Of a stretch of DNA of 64,000 nucleotides, positions 9,718 to 19,350 are shown in pieces. Under the pieces are notes generated by a model, which saw only the letters and a list, made by a program, of their open reading frames with translations, was not told the origin of the DNA and did not search any database. Position numbers and translations under genes: made by a program. The stretch covers positions 58,307-122,306 of the forward strand of contig DAOLES010000002.1 in assembly GCA_035326705.1 (NCBI GenBank). Direction: 5' to 3'. Source of the stretch: Oligoflexia bacterium. GTDB lineage: Bacteria; Bdellovibrionota_G; JALEGL01. The first letter of the stretch is position 1. Every line of letters begins with the position of its first letter.

Positions 9718-11151
9718 TTAAAACTTGAAATTGGTTCCTAAATATAAATCATTGACGGTGATTTTATCATTTTCATTAAGACTGTCTTCTTCTTTAAATA
9801 TTTGATATCGAGCGTGCAAAAGATTTTTTTTACTAAAATACCAAAATAAATTTCCGCCAAAACTGTACTCTTGTTCATTTTCTGTGGGTAAGCTGGTTAA
9901 GGTATTGTTTAAATAAACGTCACGTTCAGTTTTGACTCGATTAAAAAAACTTTCCAAGCGCAATTGACCGTCAGAAAAATCTTTACCCAATAAAAAATCA
10001 AATGCTACGTGGGCACTTTTATAATTGTTGATAAAATTAATTTGGGTTCTAAAATCAATGCTTGGCTGAAAAAGAGCATTGTTTTTATAACCTAAAAAAT
10101 AACGACTTCTATTCAGCGCATCAAAACTACGTTTTGTTAACTCTATTCCAGTAAAAATATTTTGTGATTTTAAAAAAGAATAGCTGATTTGATCTCTAAT
10201 TTGTGTGTAATAGGTGTCATTAAAAACATCACCGTTAACGTAGGTGTCAGGCGTAAATTGCCCTTGCCCAGGGATTTGTGAGCTGAGAGAAGCAGCGTAC
10301 TCTATATTTGACCAACGGGTGAAACTTAAGCTATTGTTTAAATGATCTGAAAAAATATAATAAAAATTTAATAGCAATTGATCCAAAGACTTTGGCACAA
10401 AAGAATAGTTGAGTAAGGCGGATAATGTTACCTTGCTATTTGGAATGTAAGTGCCGTGAGTAAAATTATATAAGCGATCCACTTGACCTTGATACAAAAG
10501 CGTATTTAAGGAGCTGCTAAAATTTAAAGTGTCATTTTTATGTTGGTAGTAACTGCCTAAGCTTATAAAATCAGTGCTGATAAACTGATTGTTTTGATTG
10601 CTTCCAATAAAGCCAAGGCTGGTTCTTGGATCTTGTCCAAGACCAGAGAAAAATCCAAGCTGACCCTCGTTGTTAAGATTTAGTATCAGTCTTGCACCAT
10701 CAAAACGCATACCACCGCTTTGAAAAACGATTTGCCTTCCCAGCCATAGGTCATGGCCTGAAAAAAAATTTTTATACTCTAATGATAATTCTGTAATGTC
10801 ATAACGATTTTTTTGATTGTAAGCTAAGGTGTAGTTGGTTTGATCTAAGTTAAAACGACTTTTACCAACAAAACGAAAGTTTGTTTGTTTTGAATCAAAG
10901 CTACTTTTTTGCTGATACAGTCTAACATTAAGCATGAGTAAACGATAACGGTCCTGTAAATAATCTTGACCAACTCCGTCAGTTTGTATTGCATTGTCTT
11001 GGTCTAATGTGTTTTGCGTAACTGACCAGTATCCTAAATTAAGATTTCCATTGAACTGCGTTTCAGATTGAGCATGAGTCAATGAAAGTGTCACCAGGAA
11101 ATAAAAAAGAACAAAAAAAAGTATATTCTGTTTTATTATTTTACAACTCAT
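9718..11151 (-). CDS. outer-membrane beta-barrel protein (putative porin of a porin-cytochrome complex)
   Basis: ~477 aa from MSCKIIK (the ORF track extends 6 codons further, to 11169). Signal peptide; alternating amphipathic beta-strand pattern rich in Y/F/N/S/T/G; C-terminal ...GTNFKF aromatic terminus. Immediately follows the 27-haem cytochrome gene. Confidence 0.55.
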   Translation of the reverse strand: MSCKIIKQNILFFVLFYFLVTLSLTHAQSETQFNGNLNLGYWSVTQNTLDQDNAIQTDGVGQDYLQDRYRLLMLNVRLYQQKSSFDSKQTNFRFVGKSRFNLDQTNYTLAYNQKNRYDITELSLEYKNFFSGHDLWLGRQIVFQSGGMRFDGARLILNLNNEGQLGFFSGLGQDPRTSLGFIGSNQNNQFISTDFISLGSYYQHKNDTLNFSSSLNTLLYQGQVDRLYNFTHGTYIPNSKVTLSALLNYSFVPKSLDQLLLNFYYIFSDHLNNSLSFTRWSNIEYAASLSSQIPGQGQFTPDTYVNGDVFNDTYYTQIRDQISYSFLKSQNIFTGIELTKRSFDALNRSRYFLGYKNNALFQPSIDFRTQINFINNYKSAHVAFDFLLGKDFSDGQLRLESFFNRVKTERDVYLNNTLTSLPTENEQEYSFGGNLFWYFSKKNLLHARYQIFKEEDSLNENDKITVNDLYLGTNFKF

Positions 11152-13184
11152 AGTTTGGAAGGTCTCCATCCATAGGTTCTATGGCAGTCCTTGCAGTTGG
11201 TGTTGCCACCAGCATGTTGCGGAATAATAACTGGCGAAGCAAAGTCTTTTAAATGACAAAAAGAACATTCATTGGGTAAGCCACCAAAAACACGATTTAC
11301 ATGGCATTGTTCACAAGAAAGAAAACGGTGGGCACCAGACAATTCAAAGCCGGTTTGAGCATGTCTAAACTGTGTGGGTAACCAAGTGTTTTGCCCATGA
11401 CAATCCTGACAACGTGTTGACAGGCTATTCATATGCGGATCTTGGTGACAGCTTTGGCATTGTGGTTTTGCAGACCTGATGGCCTGTTTGGGGCCGTGAC
11501 AGACTAAGCAGTTGAGTTGATTGTGAGCCCCTTTAAGTTCATATTCACCAAAATCATGGAAGTTGTTTTTCATGGCAAAGGTTGTGCTGTTGTGACAACG
11601 TTCACAGTTTTGTCCAAATGAGTTGTTATGAACATCATTGTGACATTCAGAACAACGTTTAAGACCAAGCTTGTATTTAAAATTTTGGTGGCATTGATTA
11701 CAATTGAGATATTTATGTTTGCCATCTAATTTAAAGTCAGAATTTTTATTATGATCAAAATTAATGTCATTGAAACGGGTTGGTGTATGACAATTTTCAC
11801 ATTGTTGTCCAAGAGCACCTTGGTGAAAGTCATTATGGCAAGATTTGCAATTTGTGGATAAGGGTCTAAATTTTCCCTGTTCATGACAGCTTTCGCAATT
11901 GACATATTTGTGTACGCCTTCTAGTTTAAACTGTGATTGCGTGTTGTGATCAAATTGCATTTCTGAAAAGCCAGCCGTACTATGGCAATTTGAACAAGCC
12001 TGTACACCAAATTGGTTTTTATGAATATCTTGATGACATGCATTGCATTTGGGTGATGTGCTTAGCCAACGGTACTTTCTATTTTGGTGACATTTTTCAC
12101 ATGCAACAACAGTGTGTTTTCCTGTAAGTTGATAGCGAGAATCTTTGTTGTGCAGAAAAGATAAAATTTGCCATCCTTCAGTTAAATGACAGTCATTGCA
12201 TTGTTTAACTTTCCAATTGATTTGAAACTCTTGACCATGCGGATTATTGTGACAATCACTGCATTGATTAAAATTTTTTATTTTACCAATAGTGTTGCCA
12301 TGACAGTTGTTACAAGTCACACTTCTATGTTGGCCCGTTAAAGGGAAACGGGTTTTTTGATGGTCAAAATCTTTAAAAGAAGCTTCAGTGCTGTTTAAGC
12401 TGCTTCCAGCTTTCCAGGAATCTGTACTATGACATTTTTGACAGTCAGAACCAAAGCTTCCCTTGTGAGGGTCACTATGACAGTTTGTGCAGCTTTTATA
12501 TCTTAGGGGGCTCCAAAGTTTTTTAGTGTGACAGCTATAGCATTGAACCTTTTGATGTGCGCCAGTGAGCGGAAAGTTTGTTTCCCGGTTATGATTAAAG
12601 CGTAGATGTTTAATTAGGCTAGTAAAATTATAAGAGTGGTGACAATCTTGGCAGCGTTTAAATCTTGGGTTTTTGCTTCTATGAACATCTTTGTGACAGC
12701 TTGAACAGTTGGATGAGGCGGCTAGATAGCTGGTTTTTTTTGTGGCTTTACCGCTAATCGCATGTTTGCGTTTTTGAGTGTGACATTGTTTGCATTTAAC
12801 GTCTTTGTGTTTTCCAGTGAGAGACCATCCAGTTTGTGAGTGACTAAATTGAAGACGTTCTAAACCCAAAAGTTCATAATCAAGGCCTTTATGTTCATTG
12901 TGACATTGATAACACTGAGCAGTTTGAACAGCGTGGTAACCAGAGTTGTTTTTAATTTTATTGGCAATATCCTTGTGGCAATCTAAGCATTTTTTATTGG
13001 GCAGGCCTTGAGCGGTTGTGTGACAAAGAGTGCAGTTCTTTACGCCAGATATTTCTTGGTGGGCTTTAGATAATGCGCCTGGGCTGATCCAAGTGTTAAA
13101 TTGGGTAAAACCAAGTTTGGGATAAAATAACAGTATCCAGCAAAAAAGATAAAGAGCATTAAAATTTTTGTTCTTAATTAGCAA
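11148..13184 (-). CDS. multihaem c-type cytochrome (27 CxxCH motifs)
   Basis: 678 aa with signal peptide. I counted 27 CxxCH haem-binding motifs in repeating tri-haem-like units with conserved distal His (c7/c3-like modules). Confidence 0.9.
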   Translation of the reverse strand: MLIKNKNFNALYLFCWILLFYPKLGFTQFNTWISPGALSKAHQEISGVKNCTLCHTTAQGLPNKKCLDCHKDIANKIKNNSGYHAVQTAQCYQCHNEHKGLDYELLGLERLQFSHSQTGWSLTGKHKDVKCKQCHTQKRKHAISGKATKKTSYLAASSNCSSCHKDVHRSKNPRFKRCQDCHHSYNFTSLIKHLRFNHNRETNFPLTGAHQKVQCYSCHTKKLWSPLRYKSCTNCHSDPHKGSFGSDCQKCHSTDSWKAGSSLNSTEASFKDFDHQKTRFPLTGQHRSVTCNNCHGNTIGKIKNFNQCSDCHNNPHGQEFQINWKVKQCNDCHLTEGWQILSFLHNKDSRYQLTGKHTVVACEKCHQNRKYRWLSTSPKCNACHQDIHKNQFGVQACSNCHSTAGFSEMQFDHNTQSQFKLEGVHKYVNCESCHEQGKFRPLSTNCKSCHNDFHQGALGQQCENCHTPTRFNDINFDHNKNSDFKLDGKHKYLNCNQCHQNFKYKLGLKRCSECHNDVHNNSFGQNCERCHNSTTFAMKNNFHDFGEYELKGAHNQLNCLVCHGPKQAIRSAKPQCQSCHQDPHMNSLSTRCQDCHGQNTWLPTQFRHAQTGFELSGAHRFLSCEQCHVNRVFGGLPNECSFCHLKDFASPVIIPQHAGGNTNCKDCHRTYGWRPSKL

Positions 13185-13251
13185 AATCTGAGTTCTATTT
13201 TAGGGGGATATTTGTGGGATAGAAAGTAAAAACACGATTTAGCCCATAAAA

Positions 13252-13848
13252 TTACTTTGCTTGAACTTTATCTTTTTTTACGTTTTTAGGTTTTTTATCT
13301 TTTGCAAAATCAAAATAATTCCAGTCTTGAGCATTGTGACATTCATCACAAGGCTTTTGATACTCTGGTTTTTTATGCGGGTTAGGGTGACAAGAGCTAC
13401 ACTGACTAGAGTTTTTAAGATAAGTAGTTAAATTGGTTTTTTTGCCAGTAATGGCATTGACACGCTTATCTGTGTGACACTCTTCACATTTTAAACGTTT
13501 ATGTTTGCCTTCTAAAGGCCAGCCAGTATCCTCATGTTTAAAACCAATTCGTTTTAAATCTCTTAAGTCATGTTTTTTACCACGGTGCTCACCATGACAT
13601 TGGTAACAGCGCTTGTCATCATTGCGGTAATGGTAACCACTCTTAGACTCTATTTTTTCTGCTATGTCAGTATGGCATTTTAAACAGGCTTTTTTACGAT
13701 TACCCGTATGACATTTGGTGCATTTAGAGAAGCCATCAAGATATTTAAAGTGCGCACTGCTTAAATCCCCCGGTGAAAAAAACTGGGGAAACACAGTATT
13801 GAGCATGGCGATGCTTAAAGCAAAGCTATAAATAAATAATTTACGCAC
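13252..13848 (-). CDS. hexahaem c-type cytochrome
   Basis: 198 aa, signal peptide, 6 CxxCH motifs. N-terminal ~150 aa are clearly paralogous to the N-terminus of the 27-haem protein; Lys-rich C-terminus. Confidence 0.85.
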   Translation of the reverse strand: MRKLFIYSFALSIAMLNTVFPQFFSPGDLSSAHFKYLDGFSKCTKCHTGNRKKACLKCHTDIAEKIESKSGYHYRNDDKRCYQCHGEHRGKKHDLRDLKRIGFKHEDTGWPLEGKHKRLKCEECHTDKRVNAITGKKTNLTTYLKNSSQCSSCHPNPHKKPEYQKPCDECHNAQDWNYFDFAKDKKPKNVKKDKVQAK

Positions 13849-13996
13849 GATTCTCTAATTATAACAAGTTTATCAGATGATAGCTAGGTAATTGTTATTA
13901 AAGGATTTTTTGTTCAGTTTCAGTTCAGCTTTGGTATGTTTAACAAAATAGTTTTTTTAAAATTATAGAGGTGGGATGTAAAGTTAGGGTTATTTA

Positions 13997-15979
13997 TCAA
14001 GTCCAACCAGTAAAAAAGAATAAGTTGTATATGACGTGAATAATGGCAAAAATACCCATGACATAGGCCAGCGGTTTATGCACGTATTGCCATTTAACAA
14101 ACAAGCGTGAGGCAAATTCTAAAAAGCGAACATTGCGTGTCAGTAAAACTTTGCGGTGCACCATGCTTCTAAATGTGCTGTACTGGCGTTTGTAACTTTC
14201 CATTTCTTTGGGCGTAAAATGTTTGATTCGCATCAGCAACCAATAAGAACGAATACCAGACTTGAACAATTGAAAAATACTTGGGTCTTCTAACTCTTCA
14301 AACTTGGTTTCTTCCATGATTTTATCGATGGTTCGTCTACTGCGGGTCCCTTTTTCAAAAATAGCATCTAATTTATAAGCCAATTCACGGTCTTGTTCCT
14401 GAATTTGTCTAAATTTAAGTTCGGTTGTTGCCACTGTCCTGGGAATGACTTGGTAAAGAAAACGACCAAACATACCAGTAATCATTACAAACAATAAGGA
14501 AACCATGCCCAAGGTTCCCCAACCCATCTCAAATTCAAAACCGGTATGAAATAAAACTAGAATGGTACCCATAAAACCGGCGAAGTTATGGAAATCCAAC
14601 CAGAGAGGTTTTGAGCCAAAACGTCCAAGCAAACGAGGAAAAGCCTTGCGCAGAGGATAAATCATGGCCATTACAATTAAAGAAAAACCAACGTTGCCAA
14701 TAAATAAGCACAACTGTGAGCCTTTATTAAAATTGAGGGGAATATTGGGGTCTATAAAACCCAGCCTTTGGGCTTTTAGTAAAAGTGAAAACTGAGCATA
14801 AAACTGTTCTTGCAAGGCAAGAAACTCAAAGCATAACCAAGTGATGACAACAAAAGCTGTTAGAAAATAAATTTTTTGTAAAAACTTAACCAAGCCTGAG
14901 CGTTCGTCCAGTTCTTGACTGTTCACTTGTGTACTTTGATTGACGCTAAACAGGGTTGGGTTTTCTAAAAGTTCATTGGCACTTAATTCTATAATTGCAC
15001 CGGTTGGACAATGCGATATACATGCAAGATCACTGTAACCATTACAATGATTGCATTTGTCAGCAATAAATTTAGGTGGACGTTTTTGTCCAGGGTGATT
15101 TAAAAAACGAGAAAAACGTTCATCTTTTTGATCAACTTTATGAATGGTAATTGCACCATATTGACAGGCTTTGGCACAAGATTGACAGCCAATGCAATCA
15201 TCCTTAATTTCCACTTCTCCGCTATCTGGGTTAAAAATAACGCTTTCAACTGGACAAGAAGGAATGCACGTTGGATAAAAACAAGTTAAACAACTTTGCG
15301 CAATGTCCATAACACCAAACTTGGCATAACCACGTTCTATTCTTTGAAAACCATGCCGGTCCTCACAAGCTTCATAACATGTATCACACTCAATGCATTT
15401 GTTCATTTGCGTGATTTTAATTCTGGACGCTTGGGTTAAAGCGGTATCAACTAAAAAATCTAAGACTGAGCGTGAATAACTGTCTTCACAGTAAATTCTA
15501 TTTCTGTAGTCAATGCGATCACTGATTTGTTTGATACGATTTTCAAAAACTTGGCTGCTGCGGGCAAAGCTCTTCAAGTCTTCTTTACGAATAATTAAAA
15601 TTTCGGCATCGGTGATAGCTGCAACTTTACTGGCGGTTAAGTTGTTCCAAGTCATGGGCTTATCCACAAAAAACTCGCCCTTGCGGAGAAAGTTAATGGG
15701 AATTTTACGGGCATTTTCGTCAAAACCAATAATTTTAACCTGACCTTTGGCGATAAAAAAGAAATGAGCAAAGCTTTCAGTGTCACTTTCAAATTCTAAG
15801 ATGTCTTCATTGGCTAGGGCGCTGGCTCTTCTTACTTTGCCTTGCAATTGTTTTAATGTAAAATTGGGGATATCACGAAAAAGTTTAATGATTTTTAAAT
15901 CTTCAAGTGATGTAACAGGAAAGCTAGGGGGTCCTTTTTTCTGCTTATTGCGTTTATTGTAGATAATTCCATTAGACAT
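13997..15979 (-). CDS. cyclic-nucleotide-binding domain / 4x[4Fe-4S] polyferredoxin / integral-membrane fusion protein
   Basis: 660 aa. N-terminal Crp-like cNMP-binding domain; four Cys clusters (CIECDTCYEAC, CLTCFYPTCIPSCP, CIGCQSCAKAC, CNHC...CISHCP); C-terminal ~5-6 TM helices with conserved His. Confidence 0.7.
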   Translation of the reverse strand: MSNGIIYNKRNKQKKGPPSFPVTSLEDLKIIKLFRDIPNFTLKQLQGKVRRASALANEDILEFESDTESFAHFFFIAKGQVKIIGFDENARKIPINFLRKGEFFVDKPMTWNNLTASKVAAITDAEILIIRKEDLKSFARSSQVFENRIKQISDRIDYRNRIYCEDSYSRSVLDFLVDTALTQASRIKITQMNKCIECDTCYEACEDRHGFQRIERGYAKFGVMDIAQSCLTCFYPTCIPSCPVESVIFNPDSGEVEIKDDCIGCQSCAKACQYGAITIHKVDQKDERFSRFLNHPGQKRPPKFIADKCNHCNGYSDLACISHCPTGAIIELSANELLENPTLFSVNQSTQVNSQELDERSGLVKFLQKIYFLTAFVVITWLCFEFLALQEQFYAQFSLLLKAQRLGFIDPNIPLNFNKGSQLCLFIGNVGFSLIVMAMIYPLRKAFPRLLGRFGSKPLWLDFHNFAGFMGTILVLFHTGFEFEMGWGTLGMVSLLFVMITGMFGRFLYQVIPRTVATTELKFRQIQEQDRELAYKLDAIFEKGTRSRRTIDKIMEETKFEELEDPSIFQLFKSGIRSYWLLMRIKHFTPKEMESYKRQYSTFRSMVHRKVLLTRNVRFLEFASRLFVKWQYVHKPLAYVMGIFAIIHVIYNLFFFTGWT

Positions 15980-16055
15980 AGCTTTTAGTAGCTCTATTTT
16001 AACGGTTTAAATCTTGTTTGTCTTTTAAAAATCTAAATAAAGTGTCTTTTGTTGT

Positions 16056-16094
16056 GTAAGTTGCATAAACTTACCCAGAATAACTTGAGTTATT
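16056..16094. promoter_or_regulatory. two adjacent perfect palindromes in the divergent promoter region (candidate operator sites)
   Basis: GTAAGTT-N5-AACTTAC (16056-16074) and AATAACT-TG-AGTTATT (16079-16094), between the cytochrome operon (minus) and the ABC transporter (plus). Confidence 0.3.
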
Positions 16095-16147
16095 GAAGAG
16101 TTTTGATAAAAATTTGAGTCATAAAATCTTTGGCATAAAAAAATGAG

Positions 16148-16867
16148 GTGCACATGATTGAAGCGCAACATATTCATAAAGTATATGGTGATATAACAGC
16201 AGTAAAAGATATTTCTTTTAGGGTTAAAAAAGGTGAAATTTTAGGCTTTTTAGGAGCCAATGGCGCCGGCAAGACAACAACCATGCGAATTATGACTGGT
16301 TCATTGCAACCCAGTTCTGGAACTGCCTTGATTGCAGGCTATGATATTTTAAAAGAGCCATTAGAAGTTAAGCGTCGTATTGGATATTTACCGGAGTCGC
16401 CACCAGTCTATTTTGATTTTACGGTAGAAGCATTTTTAAAATTTGTTGCTAAAATTAGAGAAATCCCAAGTAACTTGCAAAAACAACAAATAGAATGGGC
16501 TATTGACAAGTGTGGTTTAAAACATGTTGCCAAGCGTATGATTGGTAATTTATCTAAAGGCTATAAACAAAGGGTGGGCTTAGCGCAGGCAATTGTGCAT
16601 AAGCCTGATGTATTAATTTTGGATGAACCAACGGTGGGTCTTGACCCAACTCAAATTCGCGAAATACGCGCTTTAATACAAACTTTATCGGAAGAACACA
16701 CCATTATATTATCCACGCATATTCTGCCAGAAGTTAATATGATTTGTGATCGAGCAGTTTTTGTCCATCAAGGTCAAATCGCCCTTGAAGGATCCATTAA
16801 AGAATTAACCCAAACAAAAAGTTTAGAAGAAGTATTTGTCGATGTCATGCTCACACAAGCAAGTTAA
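16148..16867 (+). CDS. ABC transporter ATP-binding protein
   Basis: Walker A GANGAGKTT, signature LSKGYKQRV, Walker B LILDEPT, H-loop. GTG start at 16148 or ATG at 16154. Confidence 0.85.
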   Translation: MHMIEAQHIHKVYGDITAVKDISFRVKKGEILGFLGANGAGKTTTMRIMTGSLQPSSGTALIAGYDILKEPLEVKRRIGYLPESPPVYFDFTVEAFLKFVAKIREIPSNLQKQQIEWAIDKCGLKHVAKRMIGNLSKGYKQRVGLAQAIVHKPDVLILDEPTVGLDPTQIREIRALIQTLSEEHTIILSTHILPEVNMICDRAVFVHQGQIALEGSIKELTQTKSLEEVFVDVMLTQAS

Positions 16868-16911
16868 GCTTCTATGGGGTTAGGAATAGCAATATATTAA
16901 AGAGGTAAAGC

Positions 16912-17703
16912 ATGAAAAAAATATGGACCATTATAGAAAAAGAATTAAAGCATTATTTTTATTCACCTATTGCTTATGTGGTGATGGTGGTGTTTTTGTC
17001 ATTGACCGGATTTTTCTTTTATGTGGGGCTGAGTAGGTTCAGCATGATGTATGAGAATTATAAAAACTTAGCACAGATGACACAAAACCCACAGTACTTA
17101 GAAAGTTTAAACCTTAATGAAATTGTTATTGCCCCCAGTTTATTTAACATGGCTTTTATTTTGTTATTTTTAATTCCTTTGCTGATGATGAGAAGCTTTG
17201 CTGAGGAAAAGAGTAAAAAAACAGATGAACTGTTAAAAACTGCTCCACTAAGCACAACACATATTGTTTGGGGTAAATACCTATCAGCATTTTTGTTTGT
17301 GCTGTGTATGATTTTACCCACTGTAATTTATCAGATTTTTTTATTTGCTAGCTTGGACAATCCTCCTGAGTTAGGTCCAGTGATAACAGGATATGTAAGT
17401 CTTATTCTTTACACAGCAACAGCTTTAGCAATAGGTATGTTTGCAAGTTCATTAACTGAAAATCAAATTGTTGCTGCGGTCATGACCTTTGTGGTTTTGC
17501 TATTGCTATTTGTTATCAGTTCTATTGGTTTAAAAGAAGGCAGTATTTTATACAGTATGGTTCAATATATTTCTATCCCGGAACATATGAAGGCAATGTT
17601 AAGAGGTGTAGTGGATAGCCGGGATGTCGTTTATTTTTTAAGTTTATCTGGTTTGTTTGTATTTTTAACCCATCGTTCTTTAGATGTACAAGGTTGGAGA
17701 TAA
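16912..17703 (+). CDS. ABC-2 type permease (GldF-like)
   Basis: 263 aa with ~6 TM helices, directly downstream of the ATPase. Confidence 0.6.
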   Translation: MKKIWTIIEKELKHYFYSPIAYVVMVVFLSLTGFFFYVGLSRFSMMYENYKNLAQMTQNPQYLESLNLNEIVIAPSLFNMAFILLFLIPLLMMRSFAEEKSKKTDELLKTAPLSTTHIVWGKYLSAFLFVLCMILPTVIYQIFLFASLDNPPELGPVITGYVSLILYTATALAIGMFASSLTENQIVAAVMTFVVLLLLFVISSIGLKEGSILYSMVQYISIPEHMKAMLRGVVDSRDVVYFLSLSGLFVFLTHRSLDVQGWR

Positions 17704-17706
17704 AAA

Positions 17707-19350
17707 ATGAATACATTATCATTGATGAGTGGTGTTACAGGCTTTGTTTTATTGCTTGGCGCAATTTTGGGTTATGGAATTACCAAGGACAGCAGCAATT
17801 GGTTTTTTAGAAGCCTGATGATTTTTTCTGTGTTGTTTTTGGTTTATTACTTGGTCATGAATATTAAATATTTAATGAAAAGTCCTGGGGGGATAAAAAA
17901 TGCATTTAGCGACAAAAAAAATCAAGGAAGATTGGGGAATGCTATTTTTATCCTCTTGGTTGTTTGTTGTTTGGCTGTTGTTAATGTTATTTCGACTAAA
18001 ACCATGTTTTGGAAAAAAGATTTTACCCAAAATGAAATTAACACCTTGTCTGATCAAACGCTAAGTACCTTAAAACAATTAGATAAACCGATTAAAATAC
18101 AAGTCTTTATGTTTGAAAATAACCAGCTAAAACCTGGGTTAAAAAATTTGTTGCAGTACTACCAAGATGCAAGTGATCAAGTAAAGGTAGAGTTCAAAGA
18201 TCCAGATGTTGCAAAGTTAGATGCTCAAAAAATTTCTGCGCAAGACGGAGACATTTTAATTGAATATGGTGAGCAGCAGCATATCATGCAAGGTAGTACA
18301 GAACAGGATATCACCCAAGCCATTTTAAAAGTAACGCGTAATGGGGAAACAATGGTGTGTTTTACTGAAGGTCATGGTGAGTTAAAGTTTGAAGGAGACC
18401 CACAAGATCCAAGAAGTTTAAGTTTTATTAAACCTGGCTTAAGCAATGAGGGTTTTAATGCTCGTACACTGAGTAATCTTTTGCCCAAAATAGATGAAGC
18501 TTGTTCGATAGTTATTATTGCTGGTCCACAAGTAGCGTTTACAGCCAATGAAGTCATTAGTCTCAATGAATATTTATTGTCTGGAGGTAAAGTACAGTTG
18601 CTGCTTGACCCCAATATCAGTACAGTTGTGGGTCAAAAAAATAAAGTTCGTTTGGTAGACAATGGTTTAAAAGACTTTTTACACTCTTGGGGAGTAGTTT
18701 TAGGAGATAATGTTATTTTAGAAAAGCGCTTGTCTTTACAAGGCATGCAAATTACCACTGAGCTTGTGGTTGCTAATTATGGACAGCATCCAATTGTTGA
18801 GCCACTTAAGCAAGGGATGAATGGTAACTTGAACACTGAATTTGACCAAGTGAGATCAGTGAATAAAGCACCTGGTTTTGAAGGAACCGTTGTTGAGTTA
18901 GCCTTTACCTCACCTGGAGAAAACAGCTGGGCCCAGTCAGATTTGCAAGCACTATTTATTGATAAAAAACCAGTCATTGAGGCAACAGATCAAGTGGGTA
19001 AAGTTAGTATTGGTCTTGTGTCTGAAAAAGATTTGGAAATAAAAGTAGAAGGGGACAATGACCCTGAAATCAAGCAAGCCCAACTGGTGGTATGGGGAGA
19101 TAGTGATTTTATTTCAAATGCTATGGTAGGTCAAAACCGATACAATTATGATTTGTTTATCAATGCTTTAAACTTTTTAAGAGGAGAAGTAGAGCAAATA
19201 ACAATTAGACCCAAACTGATTAAAAGCTCAGCCATAGAGCTATCCGCCACACAATCCATAGTCATTTTTTATTTATCTATTATCATATTGCCAATGCTAG
19301 TACTTTTATTTGGATTAAATTTATGGCTGTATAGAAAGAGATTAGGTTAA
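17707..19350 (+). CDS. GldG-like ABC-transporter-associated protein
   Basis: 547 aa, N- and C-terminal TM anchors around a large periplasmic domain. Follows the ABC-2 permease as in gldA/F/G-type loci. Confidence 0.55.
   Translation: MNTLSLMSGVTGFVLLLGAILGYGITKDSSNWFFRSLMIFSVLFLVYYLVMNIKYLMKSPGGIKNAFSDKKNQGRLGNAIFILLVVCCLAVVNVISTKTMFWKKDFTQNEINTLSDQTLSTLKQLDKPIKIQVFMFENNQLKPGLKNLLQYYQDASDQVKVEFKDPDVAKLDAQKISAQDGDILIEYGEQQHIMQGSTEQDITQAILKVTRNGETMVCFTEGHGELKFEGDPQDPRSLSFIKPGLSNEGFNARTLSNLLPKIDEACSIVIIAGPQVAFTANEVISLNEYLLSGGKVQLLLDPNISTVVGQKNKVRLVDNGLKDFLHSWGVVLGDNVILEKRLSLQGMQITTELVVANYGQHPIVEPLKQGMNGNLNTEFDQVRSVNKAPGFEGTVVELAFTSPGENSWAQSDLQALFIDKKPVIEATDQVGKVSIGLVSEKDLEIKVEGDNDPEIKQAQLVVWGDSDFISNAMVGQNRYNYDLFINALNFLRGEVEQITIRPKLIKSSAIELSATQSIVIFYLSIIILPMLVLLFGLNLWLYRKRLG

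Noticed and set aside
9700-9718. Short AACAAT...ATTGTT inverted repeat between the convergent response-regulator and barrel genes as a terminator
   Set aside because: Stem only 6 bp and AT-only; too weak to call.
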